DNA of 61,901 nucleotides, from positions 1-61,901 of the forward strand of contig CAXUCK010000002.1 in assembly GCA_964249375.1 (NCBI GenBank). The letters are read 5' to 3'. The translations under genes were made by a program, and so were the position numbers. This DNA comes from an uncultured Acidobacteriaceae bacterium. GTDB lineage: Bacteria > Acidobacteriota > Terriglobia > Terriglobales > Acidobacteriaceae. Below are positions 38,275 through 48,719 of the stretch, piece by piece (the stretch's first letter is position 1; every line of letters starts with the position of its first letter). The notes beneath the pieces were generated by a model. The model made no database searches. It was not told where the DNA came from and saw only the letters and a list, made by a program, of their open reading frames with translations.

Positions 38275-40797
38275 ATGTTTATCTCTTTCCGCCGGCTCGG
38301 TCTGGCTGGCAGTCTTGCTGCGCTTCTCTGCCCCGTTTCCGAGCTGCTGGCTCAGGCTGCCGCGCGATTTGATTTGGCCGGACCTCAAATTGAGGTGCGC
38401 GTGACGCGCGGGACGATGACGCTACCCATAGCCTCGGTTCCAAACCTTCAAGTCGGCGACCGGGTGTGGGTGCACCCGAATCTGCCGGAGTCGCAATCCA
38501 AGCACCTGCTTCTGGTAGCCGTCTTCCTGCGAGGTACAACAAACCCTCCGCCGGACAAATGGTTCTTTAAGTTGGAGACATGGAACAAGCGCACCAGCAC
38601 CGAAGGCATGACGCTGACCGTCCCGGAGGGTGCGGAGGAGGCGATTCTATTTCTGGCACCGGAAACAGGGGGGGACTTTTCGACCCTGCGTTCGGCGGTA
38701 CAGGGTCGTCCCGGCATCTTTGTGCGAGCCTCGCAAGATCTCGCGGAAGCGGGATTTGAGCAGGCGCGGATCGAAAAGTATCTGGCAGAAATCAAGCAGG
38801 TGCCGCCTGGGGATCCGAAAGCGTTGCTAGACCACTCGAACCTGCTGGCGCGGACGTTGAATCTGAAGCCAAATGACGACTGCTTCAAGCGGTCTGTGGA
38901 CCAGCAGTACACCTGCCTGACACAAACGGGAACCCAGACGCTGCTGGACGATGGACACGGGCAGACGGTGGTAGCTGCCCTCACGAGTGGCCCGGGGTCG
39001 GACCTCATCAGCGCCGCCTCGGCCACGCAATTGATGGGCGGTGGCCTTTATAGCGCGTATATCGGCGCGGTCGTGGACGTGGTGCGGCTGATGAGCGGTC
39101 TGCATACCGCGCAATACCAGTACATTCCGGCGATCGCGTTTCCGGATCAGCAGAAGCTGAACCTTCGGCTGAATACGCCGCCGTCATTTCACAACCCGAA
39201 GTCAGTCATTGTGATCGGCTTGCCGTCGATCCAAGCGTCGGCGCCGCCGCCGTTGCGACCCGCAGATCCGAAGCGGGTCACCTGCCTGTTGGCGCCGCAC
39301 GTGGCGATGGGGGTTGAGGGAGCGCCTTTGGTCTTTTCTACAGCGCTGGCGCACGATCTCTCGCTCCATCTAAACGAACCGAATGCACCAGCGGACATCC
39401 CACTGGTGGCGGATGCGTTCCGCGGCGGGCTGGTGCTTGCAGGGCCGGAATCAGGACGGAAAGTCCTTCCTCCTGCTGAAGCGCAGGACACGGCGGCAGC
39501 TGCGAGCAAAGCTGCCGGAGACCCGCCGGCCCAGACCACGGCGGATGGGCAGTTAACCGGGACAGTGCATGGGTTTTGGGGTTTCGATCCATTTACAGGG
39601 CCGACACTGAAGCTGCAAACCGAGCCAGGGCACACGTGGAAGCTGGACGGAACGGATCAGGTTATCGTGGGCGAAAAATCAGACCTGCGACTCACCTCGA
39701 CGGGCGTTGGGTGCCTTGATACGGTGACATTCACAGATTCCGCGGGCAACCCGGTCAAGGCGGACTGGAAGCCGACGGATACGGCGAATGAAGTGAGCGT
39801 CACGTTGCCAGCGTATACAGGTCAACCTGGACAGCTGAAACTCGTAGTGCACCAGTTTGGAGATCCCGCGCCGGCGGAAGTGGCAGTGAAGAGCTTTTCC
39901 CGGCCGGCTGAGCTGAGTGGGGTGGAGTACCATGCCGGGGATCGAACAGCGCTGGTGCGCGGGTCAGGACTCACGCAGGTACGGGAGCTACGAGTCGGCA
40001 AGGCGGTATTCCGGCCGGCTGCGGGGGCGTCAGCGAGTGTCCCGGAAGGTCTGCGAATGAACCTGGCGGATGGAGACGCGGCAGCCATGCGACCGGGAGA
40101 CACCGTGGGTGGAGATGTGACGCTTGTGGACGGGCGTACCGTGCGAGCAGGATTTACGGTCCTGCCGAGCCGGCCGTCGATTCATCTTCTCAGTGTCCAC
40201 TACACGATGCCGCAGCCTTCGCCCATTCAGCTTCCGAGCAAAGATGATCTTCCCGTATCCGCGCACTTGGCGTTCTCGTTGCGAACGGAGACGCCGGTGC
40301 CGCGTGATGGCGTGGTGGAGCTGGCGAGCGAGGATGGATCGCTAAGTACGAAGCTGAGTGTGGCCAGCGGATCGTTGGTCCTCGAGGACAAGCACACAGT
40401 GCTGGCGGAACTCGATCCGGAGAAGGTGTTTGGCCGGTCTGCGTTCGGCCCAATGCGACTCAGGCTGGTGGGGCACGATGGCACGCCGAGTGACTGGACT
40501 CCCTTAGGCACGCTGGTGCGGCTGCCAGGCCTTCAACAGCTGCAATGTGCGGCAGGAGCATCTGCAACGGCAGCAACAACAGGAACGACCGCAGATTGCA
40601 CCCTAAGTGGCACGTCGCTGTTTCTGATCCGGGAGGTAGCGGCGGACCCGGAGTTTGTTAATCCGACCACGGTCCCGGATGGGTTTGTGGGAACGTCGAT
40701 CGAGATCCCGCGGCCGAGTGGAAATCAATTTTTTGTGCGGCTGCGTGACGACCCGGGACAGGCGGATCCGGTGACAATGCCGAAAGCTACGCCATAG
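38275..40797 (+). CDS. Large exported hypothetical protein (840 aa)
   Basis: Long ORF with a signal peptide, helical N-terminal third, and Pro/Gly/Thr-rich beta-like remainder. No family recognised. Confidence 0.8.
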   Translation: MFISFRRLGLAGSLAALLCPVSELLAQAAARFDLAGPQIEVRVTRGTMTLPIASVPNLQVGDRVWVHPNLPESQSKHLLLVAVFLRGTTNPPPDKWFFKLETWNKRTSTEGMTLTVPEGAEEAILFLAPETGGDFSTLRSAVQGRPGIFVRASQDLAEAGFEQARIEKYLAEIKQVPPGDPKALLDHSNLLARTLNLKPNDDCFKRSVDQQYTCLTQTGTQTLLDDGHGQTVVAALTSGPGSDLISAASATQLMGGGLYSAYIGAVVDVVRLMSGLHTAQYQYIPAIAFPDQQKLNLRLNTPPSFHNPKSVIVIGLPSIQASAPPPLRPADPKRVTCLLAPHVAMGVEGAPLVFSTALAHDLSLHLNEPNAPADIPLVADAFRGGLVLAGPESGRKVLPPAEAQDTAAAASKAAGDPPAQTTADGQLTGTVHGFWGFDPFTGPTLKLQTEPGHTWKLDGTDQVIVGEKSDLRLTSTGVGCLDTVTFTDSAGNPVKADWKPTDTANEVSVTLPAYTGQPGQLKLVVHQFGDPAPAEVAVKSFSRPAELSGVEYHAGDRTALVRGSGLTQVRELRVGKAVFRPAAGASASVPEGLRMNLADGDAAAMRPGDTVGGDVTLVDGRTVRAGFTVLPSRPSIHLLSVHYTMPQPSPIQLPSKDDLPVSAHLAFSLRTETPVPRDGVVELASEDGSLSTKLSVASGSLVLEDKHTVLAELDPEKVFGRSAFGPMRLRLVGHDGTPSDWTPLGTLVRLPGLQQLQCAAGASATAATTGTTADCTLSGTSLFLIREVAADPEFVNPTTVPDGFVGTSIEIPRPSGNQFFVRLRDDPGQADPVTMPKATP

Positions 40798-40829
40798 CTT
40801 GCGCCCCGGTTGCGGCCGGCCAGGCTCGG

Positions 40830-42428
40830 TCAGTCGGCTGCAACTTTATCGCGCTGCTGTACCTTGCTGTGCTTCCGGCTGTAAGTGAAGTAAACAACCA
40901 GACCGACGATCAGCCAGACGATCAGGCGAATCCAGTTCCACACGCCCAGCTTGTACATCATGTAACCGTTAAACAGGATGCCCAGGATCGGCACCAGTGG
41001 CACGAGTGGCGTACGGAAGGGGCGGGCGCGATCCGGGTCAGTGCGACGGAGCACAATGATGGCGATGCAGACGATGACGAAGGCTAGCAACGTGCCGATG
41101 TTCACCATCTTGCCGATATCGTCGATAGGGGTCACGCTGCCGACAATGGCAGCAAGGCAGCCAGCGAGGATAGTTCCCTTCCATGGTGTACGAAAGCGGG
41201 GGTGAATGTCGCCGAAGAATTTGCGGGGCAGCAGACCGTCGTGCGCCATGGCGTAGAGGACACGGCTCTGACCCAGAAGCATGACGAGCATGACGGACGT
41301 GAGGCCCGCGATAGAGCCGATGGTGACGATATTGGCGGCCCAGCCGACGTTGTAGTCGAGAAAGGCGCGGACGAGAGGGGCTTCAATGTTGACGGAGCGC
41401 CATGGCACCATTCCAGTGAGGACGGCAGCGACCCCGATGTAGAGAATGGTGCAGATGGACAGGGAAAGAATGATGCCGATAGGAAGATCGCGCTGAGGGT
41501 TTTTCGCTTCCTGTGCCGTCGTGGAGACGGCGTCGAAGCCGATGTACGAGAAGAAGACAAGGCCGGCGGCAAGGCCGATGCCGCCCATGCCGAAGGGGGC
41601 AAAGGTGTGCCAGTCCGAACCCCAGTTAGCGCGGTTCACGTAATGCGAACCCAGGCCGAGAACGAACAGGACAACCGCGAGCTTGAGGATGACGATGCCG
41701 GTGTTGAACTTGGCCGACTCCTGTATGCCGACGACGAGGATGGCCGTGATGCATAGGGCTATTAGGAAGGCCGGGAGGTTAAAGCCGATCTCAAGACCGA
41801 AGAGATGGGGAGCGCCAAGCAGCGTGTGCGCGCGGGCGAGGAGGTCGGCGCCGGGGTGCGCGGTCAACCTGACGAGGGCATCGCTGAACGGAGTGGTGCC
41901 TGGGACAAGATCGGGCCGGGTGGCCGCCAGACTCTGGCGGCAGACGGTTTCGGTTGCAGTGCGCAGCCCGGTCCAGTGATCGTAGGAAAGCCAGAGCGGA
42001 AATCTAAGATGGAAAATGGCCAGAAACTCAACGAAGTTGTTCGACCAGCCCGATGAAACAGTGCTGGCGCCCATCGCGTACTCAAGGGTAAGGTCCCAAC
42101 CGATGATCCAGGCGACGAGCTCTCCCAGGGTGGCGTAGGCGTACGTGTAGGCGGAGCCGGCGAGCGGGATCATCGCGGCGAACTCCGCATAACAAAGGCC
42201 GGCGAAGGCACAGCCGAGACCGCTCAATACGAACGCCAGCATAAGGCTGGGGCCAGCCGTCTGTGCGCCGAGGCCGCTCAGGACGAAGATGCCGGCTCCG
42301 ATCACCGCACCGATACCGAGGGCCGTCAGCTGAGCGGGGCCGAGCACTCGCTCCAGCGAGTCAGATCCGTGTTCGCTGGCCTCAGCCAACAACGCATTCA
42401 TCGACTTCTTCGCAAACAGATTCGCCAT
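40830..42428 (-). CDS. APC-family amino acid permease
   Basis: GAVIGAGIF, CYAEFAAMIP.AGSAYTY, FFSYIGFDAVST.AQE, GQSRVLYAM. Start ATG 42428. Confidence 0.93.
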   Translation of the reverse strand: MANLFAKKSMNALLAEASEHGSDSLERVLGPAQLTALGIGAVIGAGIFVLSGLGAQTAGPSLMLAFVLSGLGCAFAGLCYAEFAAMIPLAGSAYTYAYATLGELVAWIIGWDLTLEYAMGASTVSSGWSNNFVEFLAIFHLRFPLWLSYDHWTGLRTATETVCRQSLAATRPDLVPGTTPFSDALVRLTAHPGADLLARAHTLLGAPHLFGLEIGFNLPAFLIALCITAILVVGIQESAKFNTGIVILKLAVVLFVLGLGSHYVNRANWGSDWHTFAPFGMGGIGLAAGLVFFSYIGFDAVSTTAQEAKNPQRDLPIGIILSLSICTILYIGVAAVLTGMVPWRSVNIEAPLVRAFLDYNVGWAANIVTIGSIAGLTSVMLVMLLGQSRVLYAMAHDGLLPRKFFGDIHPRFRTPWKGTILAGCLAAIVGSVTPIDDIGKMVNIGTLLAFVIVCIAIIVLRRTDPDRARPFRTPLVPLVPILGILFNGYMMYKLGVWNWIRLIVWLIVGLVVYFTYSRKHSKVQQRDKVAAD

Positions 42429-42623
42429 GGATACTCTTACCTTCTCCTTGCTGAACCAGGGATCTCGCACGGGATGCGGCACGGCTGCCGGCGGGATGCT
42501 GGGCTGCGGATCCTTAATGCAATGACCGGATGCTCGAGGGGAACGCGGCCAGCGGCACTGAACTTTGTAACGCAATACTAATGCACGGTTCGCAGGGTGG
42601 ATGGTTTCTGTTCGCGGATGCGC

Positions 42624-43265
42624 CTATGCGAGGCCGCGGAGGAACGATCTGGCGGCGGAGGCGACCGTCCCTGATGACGTGAACAGGGCGCTGATCACGG
42701 CGACAGACGTCGCTCCGGCAGCGACGACGCTGGGCGCGTTCTCCGGAGTGATCCCCCCGATGGCGACGATCGGCTTTGCCGTAAGTGCGCGGGCTTGACG
42801 AAGCAGATCGAGGCCAACGACGGCCTGAGCGTCCGTCTTTGTGCTAGTAGCGAAAATGGGGCCGATTGCGATGTAGTCAACGGGCTCGGCGAGCGCCCTG
42901 CGGAACTGGTCCAATGTGTGTGTAGACAGTCCGAGGATCTCGCCCGGAGCCTGGACCCGGCGCGCCTCGACCGGGACCAGGTCGGTCTGTCCGACGTGGG
43001 CTCCGTCAAAGTGTGCGAGGCGGGCGAGGTCGACACGGTCGTTGAGCAGAAGCTGGCAGATCGCCGACGGCAGCTGTTTGCGAAGACGAAGAGCTTCGGC
43101 GAGGATCGTTCCTGCCCGGTCTGACTTGTTTCGGTATTGGATCAGGGTGCAGCCCGCGTCACTCAGTTGTGCTGCCGCCTCGGCAGCGTCGAGCCTGTGA
43201 TGCAGGAGTACGTCGCGGTCGAGTATCGGGTACAGACATGGGAGATGGAGCGGTATCGCAGCCAA
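42624..43265 (-). CDS. thiE: Thiamine-phosphate synthase
   Basis: QYRNK, LNDRVD, HVGQTD, GLSTH, GPIFATSTK, VAIGGI. Confidence 0.9.
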   Translation of the reverse strand: MAAIPLHLPCLYPILDRDVLLHHRLDAAEAAAQLSDAGCTLIQYRNKSDRAGTILAEALRLRKQLPSAICQLLLNDRVDLARLAHFDGAHVGQTDLVPVEARRVQAPGEILGLSTHTLDQFRRALAEPVDYIAIGPIFATSTKTDAQAVVGLDLLRQARALTAKPIVAIGGITPENAPSVVAAGATSVAVISALFTSSGTVASAARSFLRGLA

Positions 43266-43269
43266 TGAT

Positions 43270-44625
43270 CTACTCGGCCTGCTGCCGGGCGAGGAATCGC
43301 TCCATGAACTTCGTGTCGAATTGCCCGGAGCGGAACTCAGGGTCGGCGAAAATGCGCCTGTGCAGCGGAATGGTCGTGTGGATACCCTGCACGATGAACT
43401 GATCGAGAGCGCGCTGGACCTTGTTCATGGCTTCCTCGCGGTCCCGGCCATGACAGATGAGCTTGGCAATCATGCTGTCGTAGTAGGGAGGCACGACACC
43501 CTCGGCATACTGGGCGGTGTCGACGCGAACACCATTGCCGCCCGGCACGTTAAATGCTGTAATCTTGCCCGCCGATGGCGTGAAACGTTCCGGGTGCTCA
43601 GCATTGATGCGGCACTCGATGGCATGCCCGCGGATCGTAACCGGCTCGGTGATGATGGACGAGAGCTTCTCGCCGGCTGCGACGCGCAACTGTGCCTTCA
43701 CAAGATCGATCCCGGTGACCATCTCGGTCACGCAGTGCTCCACCTGAATTCGCGTATTCATCTCGATGAAGTAGATCTTGCCGTCCTCATCCATGAGGAA
43801 CTCGATGGTTCCGGCGTTCCAGTACCCAATATTTTCGAGCGAGCGGCGGATCGTCTTGCCAAGTTCCTCCCGCATTTTAGGCGTGACCTGAAGACTCGGA
43901 GCCTCCTCGATGAGTTTCTGGTGCCGGCGCTGGATGGAGCACTCCCGCTCGCCGAGGCTCATCACATTTCCATGCTCGTCGGCGAGCACCTGGAACTCAA
44001 TGTGGCGCGGGCGCTCGATAAACTTCTCCATATACAGCTCGCCGTTACCAAACGACGCGGCGGCTTCGCTGCTGGCCTGCTGGTAAAGCGGTGGCAGTTC
44101 TTCGGCGGACCTGCAGATGCGCATCCCGCGACCGCCACCGCCGGCAACGGCTTTGAGAATCACGGGATAGCCGACAGCCCGAGCCCATTCGAGCGCCTCA
44201 TCCGTGCTGGCGATCACACCGTCCGAGCCCGGCAAGATAGGCACCTTCGCCTTTTTCATCGTCTGTCGTGCCGTGGATTTCTCCCCCATCAAGCGGGTCA
44301 CTTCGGGCGGCGGTCCGATGAACTTGATGTTGGAGGCGCGGCATACCTCGGCGAAGTTGGCGTTTTCGCTCAGCAGACCGTATCCGGGGTGGATGGCGTC
44401 GACGTCGGCGATCTCGGCGGCAGAGATAACCGCGGGCACGTTCAGGTAACTTTCGGCGGAGCGCGGCGGTCCGATGCAGATCGCCTCGTCGGCGAAACGG
44501 ACGTGGAGTGAATTCCGGTCCGCTTCGCTGTACACAGCGACCGTACGGATTCCCATTTCCTTGCACGCGCTGATGACGCGTAGCGCGATCTCGCCACGAT
44601 TGGCGATCAGGACCTTACGAAACAT
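43270..44625 (-). CDS. accC: Biotin carboxylase
   Basis: [49 protein letters not shown]. Confidence 0.97.
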   Translation of the reverse strand: MFRKVLIANRGEIALRVISACKEMGIRTVAVYSEADRNSLHVRFADEAICIGPPRSAESYLNVPAVISAAEIADVDAIHPGYGLLSENANFAEVCRASNIKFIGPPPEVTRLMGEKSTARQTMKKAKVPILPGSDGVIASTDEALEWARAVGYPVILKAVAGGGGRGMRICRSAEELPPLYQQASSEAAASFGNGELYMEKFIERPRHIEFQVLADEHGNVMSLGERECSIQRRHQKLIEEAPSLQVTPKMREELGKTIRRSLENIGYWNAGTIEFLMDEDGKIYFIEMNTRIQVEHCVTEMVTGIDLVKAQLRVAAGEKLSSIITEPVTIRGHAIECRINAEHPERFTPSAGKITAFNVPGGNGVRVDTAQYAEGVVPPYYDSMIAKLICHGRDREEAMNKVQRALDQFIVQGIHTTIPLHRRIFADPEFRSGQFDTKFMERFLARQQAE

Positions 44626-44655
44626 AATGAATCAGCTTTCCTGAAAGTGGCACGG

Positions 44656-45153
44656 TTAGCGAGGCCGAATATGGAAAAGCGGTTGACCGTATTCGACCGG
44701 TTGCCCGGCGACTGCGACGCGCGCAACGATCTCGCCAGCGATGTCGGCCTCGATTTCGTTCATAAGCTTCATGGCCTCGACGATGCAAAGTACCTGGCCG
44801 GCCTGGACAACATCGCCTGGAGCGACAAACGGCGGAGCTCCGGGTGAGGGCGCGTCGTAAAAAGTTCCAACGATGGGCGACTTGACCTCATGAAGCTTTT
44901 CTACAGCCGTTGCCTGTGCACCCTGAGCTGCAACCGGCGAGTCCGGCAGCGAAGAGGCGGTAATCATCGGCACTGGAAGCTGTGCTGTTGCAGGCGTGGC
45001 TAAGGGTGCCGGGGAAGCCTGAGCAGACGCGGGTTGCCCCGCGAACTTGATGCGGACTTTGAGGTCGGCACGTTCCATGTCGAATTCGTCGACGCCGTTC
45101 GTTTTGAGGAACTCCACGAGTTCGCGAAGTTCTTGTAACTGTTGCTGGTCCAT
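44656..45153 (-). CDS. accB: Biotin carboxyl carrier protein
   Basis: Ala/Pro linker, SPIVGTFY, EAMKLMNEI. Confidence 0.96.
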   Translation of the reverse strand: MDQQQLQELRELVEFLKTNGVDEFDMERADLKVRIKFAGQPASAQASPAPLATPATAQLPVPMITASSLPDSPVAAQGAQATAVEKLHEVKSPIVGTFYDAPSPGAPPFVAPGDVVQAGQVLCIVEAMKLMNEIEADIAGEIVARVAVAGQPVEYGQPLFHIRPR

Positions 45154-45191
45154 AGTCTCCTTGCTGACGTTGCTCCGTTCGGCGCAAGACC

Positions 45192-46277
45192 CTAAAGCTC
45201 GATATACGCTCTCGAGCTCCGTGTCAGTACCTCATGTCCGGTTTCGGTGATGCGCACCATGTCTTCAATGCGGACACCGAACTGGCCGGGCAGATAGACG
45301 CCCGGCTCAATCGTGATCACCATGCCGGGTTGCAGCACCTGCTGCTGCTTGGCGGCTAGGCGCGGTCCCTCGTGAATCTCGAGACCAACGCCATGGCCAG
45401 TGGAGTGGGTGAAGTACCGTTCCAGACGGCACCGGCGGAGAACGTCTCGAGCGGCTGTATCCAGGGTGTGCGCCGGGATGCCTGGCCTTACCGCCTCAAC
45501 AGCGGTCGTCTGTGCTTCCAAAACCGCATCATACACGCGCCTCTCCTCGAGCTGTGAACGGCCGAGGTGCACGGTGCGCGTCATATCGGAGCAATACCCT
45601 CCGAGAACGACGCCAAAGTCCAGCGTCATGAAACCGCGGCGGGGAAGTTTGGCATCCGAAGCGCGTCCGTGAGGCAGGGCGCTTCTTGGACCGGAGGCTA
45701 CGATCGTCTCAAAGCTCATGCTGTCTGCTCCCGAGCGCCGGGCATCGGCCTCAAGGGCGAGGGCAATCTCGGACTCCCGCATTCCAGGCTCGATGACGCT
45801 GAGTATCCGCTCGTAAAGTTTACAGCCAAGGTCGGCCGCGCGGCCCAAGGTGTCGAGTTCGGCCGGCTCTTTGATCTCGCGGATGCGCGAGACGAGATTC
45901 GATCCACGGACAAAGAAACGGCTGCGAAGACCAGGTGAGAGTGATTTACGGAGGAGCTCAAACTGCGAGACCGTGAGGTGCTCCGGCTGAAAGCAACAGC
46001 GGAGAGCTCCACCGGAGACGAGCCATGCGCACGCCGCAGGGGCGGGTGCACCTTTGACGATGGCCACGCGAACCCCCGCCACTTCTTCTTTGGCTTGCGT
46101 GGTGTAGCGGCCATCGGTGAAGAGCACGGCGCGACGACCATGGAGGGCTACGGCGGCTGACGACCCGGTGAAGCCAGTGAGATAACGGATGTCCGGCAAG
46201 TGCGTGATGAGAGCGCTATCTGCTTCCAGACGAAGCGCCTCAGCCCAAACTTTTCTCCGTCGCTCCCGGTAATTCAT
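45192..46277 (-). CDS. Xaa-Pro peptidase (M24B)
   Basis: YLTGFTGS, TDGRY, SALPHG, YCSDMTRT, HSTGHGVGLEIHE, TIEPGVY, GVRIED. ATG 46277 chosen because TAAACT lies 6 nt upstream. Confidence 0.93.
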   Translation of the reverse strand: MNYRERRRKVWAEALRLEADSALITHLPDIRYLTGFTGSSAAVALHGRRAVLFTDGRYTTQAKEEVAGVRVAIVKGAPAPAACAWLVSGGALRCCFQPEHLTVSQFELLRKSLSPGLRSRFFVRGSNLVSRIREIKEPAELDTLGRAADLGCKLYERILSVIEPGMRESEIALALEADARRSGADSMSFETIVASGPRSALPHGRASDAKLPRRGFMTLDFGVVLGGYCSDMTRTVHLGRSQLEERRVYDAVLEAQTTAVEAVRPGIPAHTLDTAARDVLRRCRLERYFTHSTGHGVGLEIHEGPRLAAKQQQVLQPGMVITIEPGVYLPGQFGVRIEDMVRITETGHEVLTRSSRAYIEL

Positions 46278-46338
46278 TTCCATAGTTTACGTACTTTGGG
46301 CCGCTTTCTGGGCCGGAGCTTGCCGGTAGAATAGTGCC

Positions 46339-47214
46339 ATGCGCGAAGATCGCGGCGCTGAGTCGCTGCATGTCACCCGTCGACGCTTCCTGATCGGTTG
46401 TGGAACTATCGCAGCGGGGATGGCCATGTACTCGGGTGAGATCTCCCGTCACGAATTGGTAGTCCAGCGGCGGACAATCCGGATTCGGCAACTTCCGCCG
46501 GCACTCGCGGGGTTCCGCATCGCACAGATCAGCGATATCCACCTCGATGAGTTCACGGAGCCCTTTTTCTTCACCGAGGTGGTTCATCGGCTGAATCACT
46601 TGGCGCCGGATATGGTGCTTCTGACGGGTGACTTCATCACTCGCGGATCGCTGACCTTTCTCGCATCCGAGCACGCGGCACATCGATGCTCGGAGATTCT
46701 CTCTAAGCTGCATTGCGAGCGGCGCTTCGCCGTGCTGGGCAACCATGATGTCAGCGTAAGCGCGCCGATGGTGATCGAGGCGCTCGCTCGCGCAAAGGTG
46801 CCGGTACTGCAAAACCGGTACGTTCCGATCGAGGTGGACGGTTCCCGGCTGTGGCTTTGCGGCGTGGAGGATCCGGCAACCAGTCGGCCGGACTTGGACC
46901 TGGCAATTCCATCAGCGCCAGATGGACCAGTGCTGCTGATGGCCCATGAACCGGATTACGCCGACACGGTTGCGGCGCATCCCCGGGCCTCATTGGTAGA
47001 CATGATTCTGTCCGGTCATACGCACGGCGGGCAGGTACGGCTGCCGGTTCTCGGCGCCATGGTTCTACCGCCCATGGGTAAAAGATATCCAGAGGGGCTT
47101 TATACCGTTGGTCCCATGCAGCTTTATGTCAACCGGGGAATCGGAACGGTCGGGCTGCCGTTCCGGCTCAACTGCCCTCCCGAAATCACAGAGTTCACGC
47201 TGCAGCGAGCCTAG
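46339..47214 (+). CDS. YkuE-like metallophosphoesterase with Tat-like signal
   Basis: TRRRFL, SDIH, TGDF, LGNHD, AHEPD, SGHTHGGQ. Confidence 0.9.
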   Translation: MREDRGAESLHVTRRRFLIGCGTIAAGMAMYSGEISRHELVVQRRTIRIRQLPPALAGFRIAQISDIHLDEFTEPFFFTEVVHRLNHLAPDMVLLTGDFITRGSLTFLASEHAAHRCSEILSKLHCERRFAVLGNHDVSVSAPMVIEALARAKVPVLQNRYVPIEVDGSRLWLCGVEDPATSRPDLDLAIPSAPDGPVLLMAHEPDYADTVAAHPRASLVDMILSGHTHGGQVRLPVLGAMVLPPMGKRYPEGLYTVGPMQLYVNRGIGTVGLPFRLNCPPEITEFTLQRA

Positions 47215-47465
47215 CGGGCGCGCGCGATTGGCTTTTTCTGGCGGGGCATGACGGCGATCGCCGGGAGTCGCTGCACGCCAGACTTTTCGTCCATCCAGCT
47301 GTCCAACAGCGACTTCTTAAAACGCCAGCGATTCCCTAATTTGAAGGCCGGAATGAAACCTTCAGAGGCGTAGCGATAGAGCGTGTCCCCGCTGATGCCC
47401 AGATACTCCGACGCCTGCCGGATATCCATGACCTCACGCGCAACGGGCTGTGCCGCTCCACTCAT
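47211..47465 (-). CDS. Small excisionase/MerR-like (HTH_17) DNA-binding protein
   Basis: VMDIRQASEYLGISGDTLYRYASEGFIPAFKLGNRWRF; GGAGGA RBS. Confidence 0.88.
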   Translation of the reverse strand: MSGAAQPVAREVMDIRQASEYLGISGDTLYRYASEGFIPAFKLGNRWRFKKSLLDSWMDEKSGVQRLPAIAVMPRQKKPIARAR

Positions 47466-47508
47466 CGACTCTCCTCCATCGGGTCAGCTGGAAACCGACG
47501 GCAGCCCC

Positions 47509-47537
47509 TTTGTACCGGGTTTCGGGCGGGTTGACAA
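47509..47537 (-). promoter_or_regulatory. Sigma70-type promoter of the HTH gene
   Basis: TTGTCA-N17-TACAAA on the minus strand. Confidence 0.55.
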
Positions 47538-47606
47538 GCGGATTCGACTCCGTTGTGTCTCCTTGTTCCAACCAAGTGCGCACAGGCAGAAAACTGTGTT
47601 CGTGGC

Positions 47607-48719
47607 TCAGCGCCGGCCTTCCCGCCACCATGGAGAAAGGCTGGGCTGGCCACGGACGCATTCTGTGGGTAGGCCCGGCTCCGGCGTCCAAAGGCCGACT
47701 TCAAGGCTGCGGCAGAGTTTGACAGCGCGCTCTATCGGTTGATCCCAGGCATGGAGCGCGAGATCGAAGAGGCCCCAGTGGATAGGCATGAGCAACCCTT
47801 CCCGGCCCGAGCTTTCTTGCATCGCACGGAAAGTCTCGATCGCCGCATCAGGGCCGAGATGGATATCTGCCCAAAGCTCGTCGTACGCGCCAATCTCGAG
47901 CATGGCAAGGTCGAAGCCGTCGCACATGTGGGCGATCGGCGCAAACCCTTCCCACGGGCCGGAGTCCCCTCCGAAGAAAACGGAATGCTCGGGACCGCGC
48001 AGAGAGAAGCTGGACCAAAGCGTATGGAAGCGATCGCGGAGACCGCGGCCCGAGAAGTGGCGAGCGGGCCAGGCTCGGATCTCCACCCAGTTGCTTGGCC
48101 GTTTGGAAGGAGCCACGCGAACGCCTTCGGTCCAGTCGAGTTCGCTCAGCCGCTTCGGGTTCACCCCGCACCTCCGGAGAAGTGCGCCGACGCCAAGGCT
48201 GGTAATCCAGCTCGCCGCTCCAGCCTGCGGAAGCCTGGCAATCTGCGCGAGCGTGTGCGCGCCGAAGTGGTCGTAGTGGTTGTGCGAGATGAGGATCACG
48301 TCCAGCGGTGGCAGTTGCTCAAGCGGGATCGTGGGAGGGAAGAAGCGGCGCGGCCCGAAGTGCTTGAACGGGGACGCGCGCTCTTCCCAAACGGGATCGA
48401 TGAGGACGCGCAGACCGTCGAGTTCAAGCAGAAGGGTCGAGTGTCCCATCCAAGTCACGCGTAGGCCGCTTGCAGGTTGATTGCTGAAGATTGCGGGATC
48501 CGTGCGGAACGGACCAAGTTGCCGCTTCGGAACTCGTTCGGCTGCGCTGCTAAGGTGTCGCGGCAACAATCGAAGCGCCATGGTGAAACCGCCGATGCCA
48601 GTCGGAACGGGATTCTGGTATCGCTGGCCGTTGCGCGTCGCTCGGCGAAGGAGGTCCGGTCTGCCACCGTCCATCGGAGTCAGGCTGCTCACCCGAGGGT
48701 TGTCGTCGTCCCGACTCAT
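47607..48719 (-). CDS. MBL-fold metallohydrolase (RomA/NAPE-PLD-like)
   Basis: WMGHST, SHNHYDH, PARHFSGR, GGDSG, IGAY, PIHWG. ATG 48719 overlaps the upstream stop (ATGA). Confidence 0.88.
   Translation of the reverse strand: MSRDDDNPRVSSLTPMDGGRPDLLRRATRNGQRYQNPVPTGIGGFTMALRLLPRHLSSAAERVPKRQLGPFRTDPAIFSNQPASGLRVTWMGHSTLLLELDGLRVLIDPVWEERASPFKHFGPRRFFPPTIPLEQLPPLDVILISHNHYDHFGAHTLAQIARLPQAGAASWITSLGVGALLRRCGVNPKRLSELDWTEGVRVAPSKRPSNWVEIRAWPARHFSGRGLRDRFHTLWSSFSLRGPEHSVFFGGDSGPWEGFAPIAHMCDGFDLAMLEIGAYDELWADIHLGPDAAIETFRAMQESSGREGLLMPIHWGLFDLALHAWDQPIERAVKLCRSLEVGLWTPEPGLPTECVRGQPSLSPWWREGRR

Noticed and set aside
47538-47556. GCGGATTCGACTCCG as a tRNA T-arm/att remnant beside the excisionase-like gene
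   Set aside because: Too short, with no acceptor stem, no partner repeat and no integrase.
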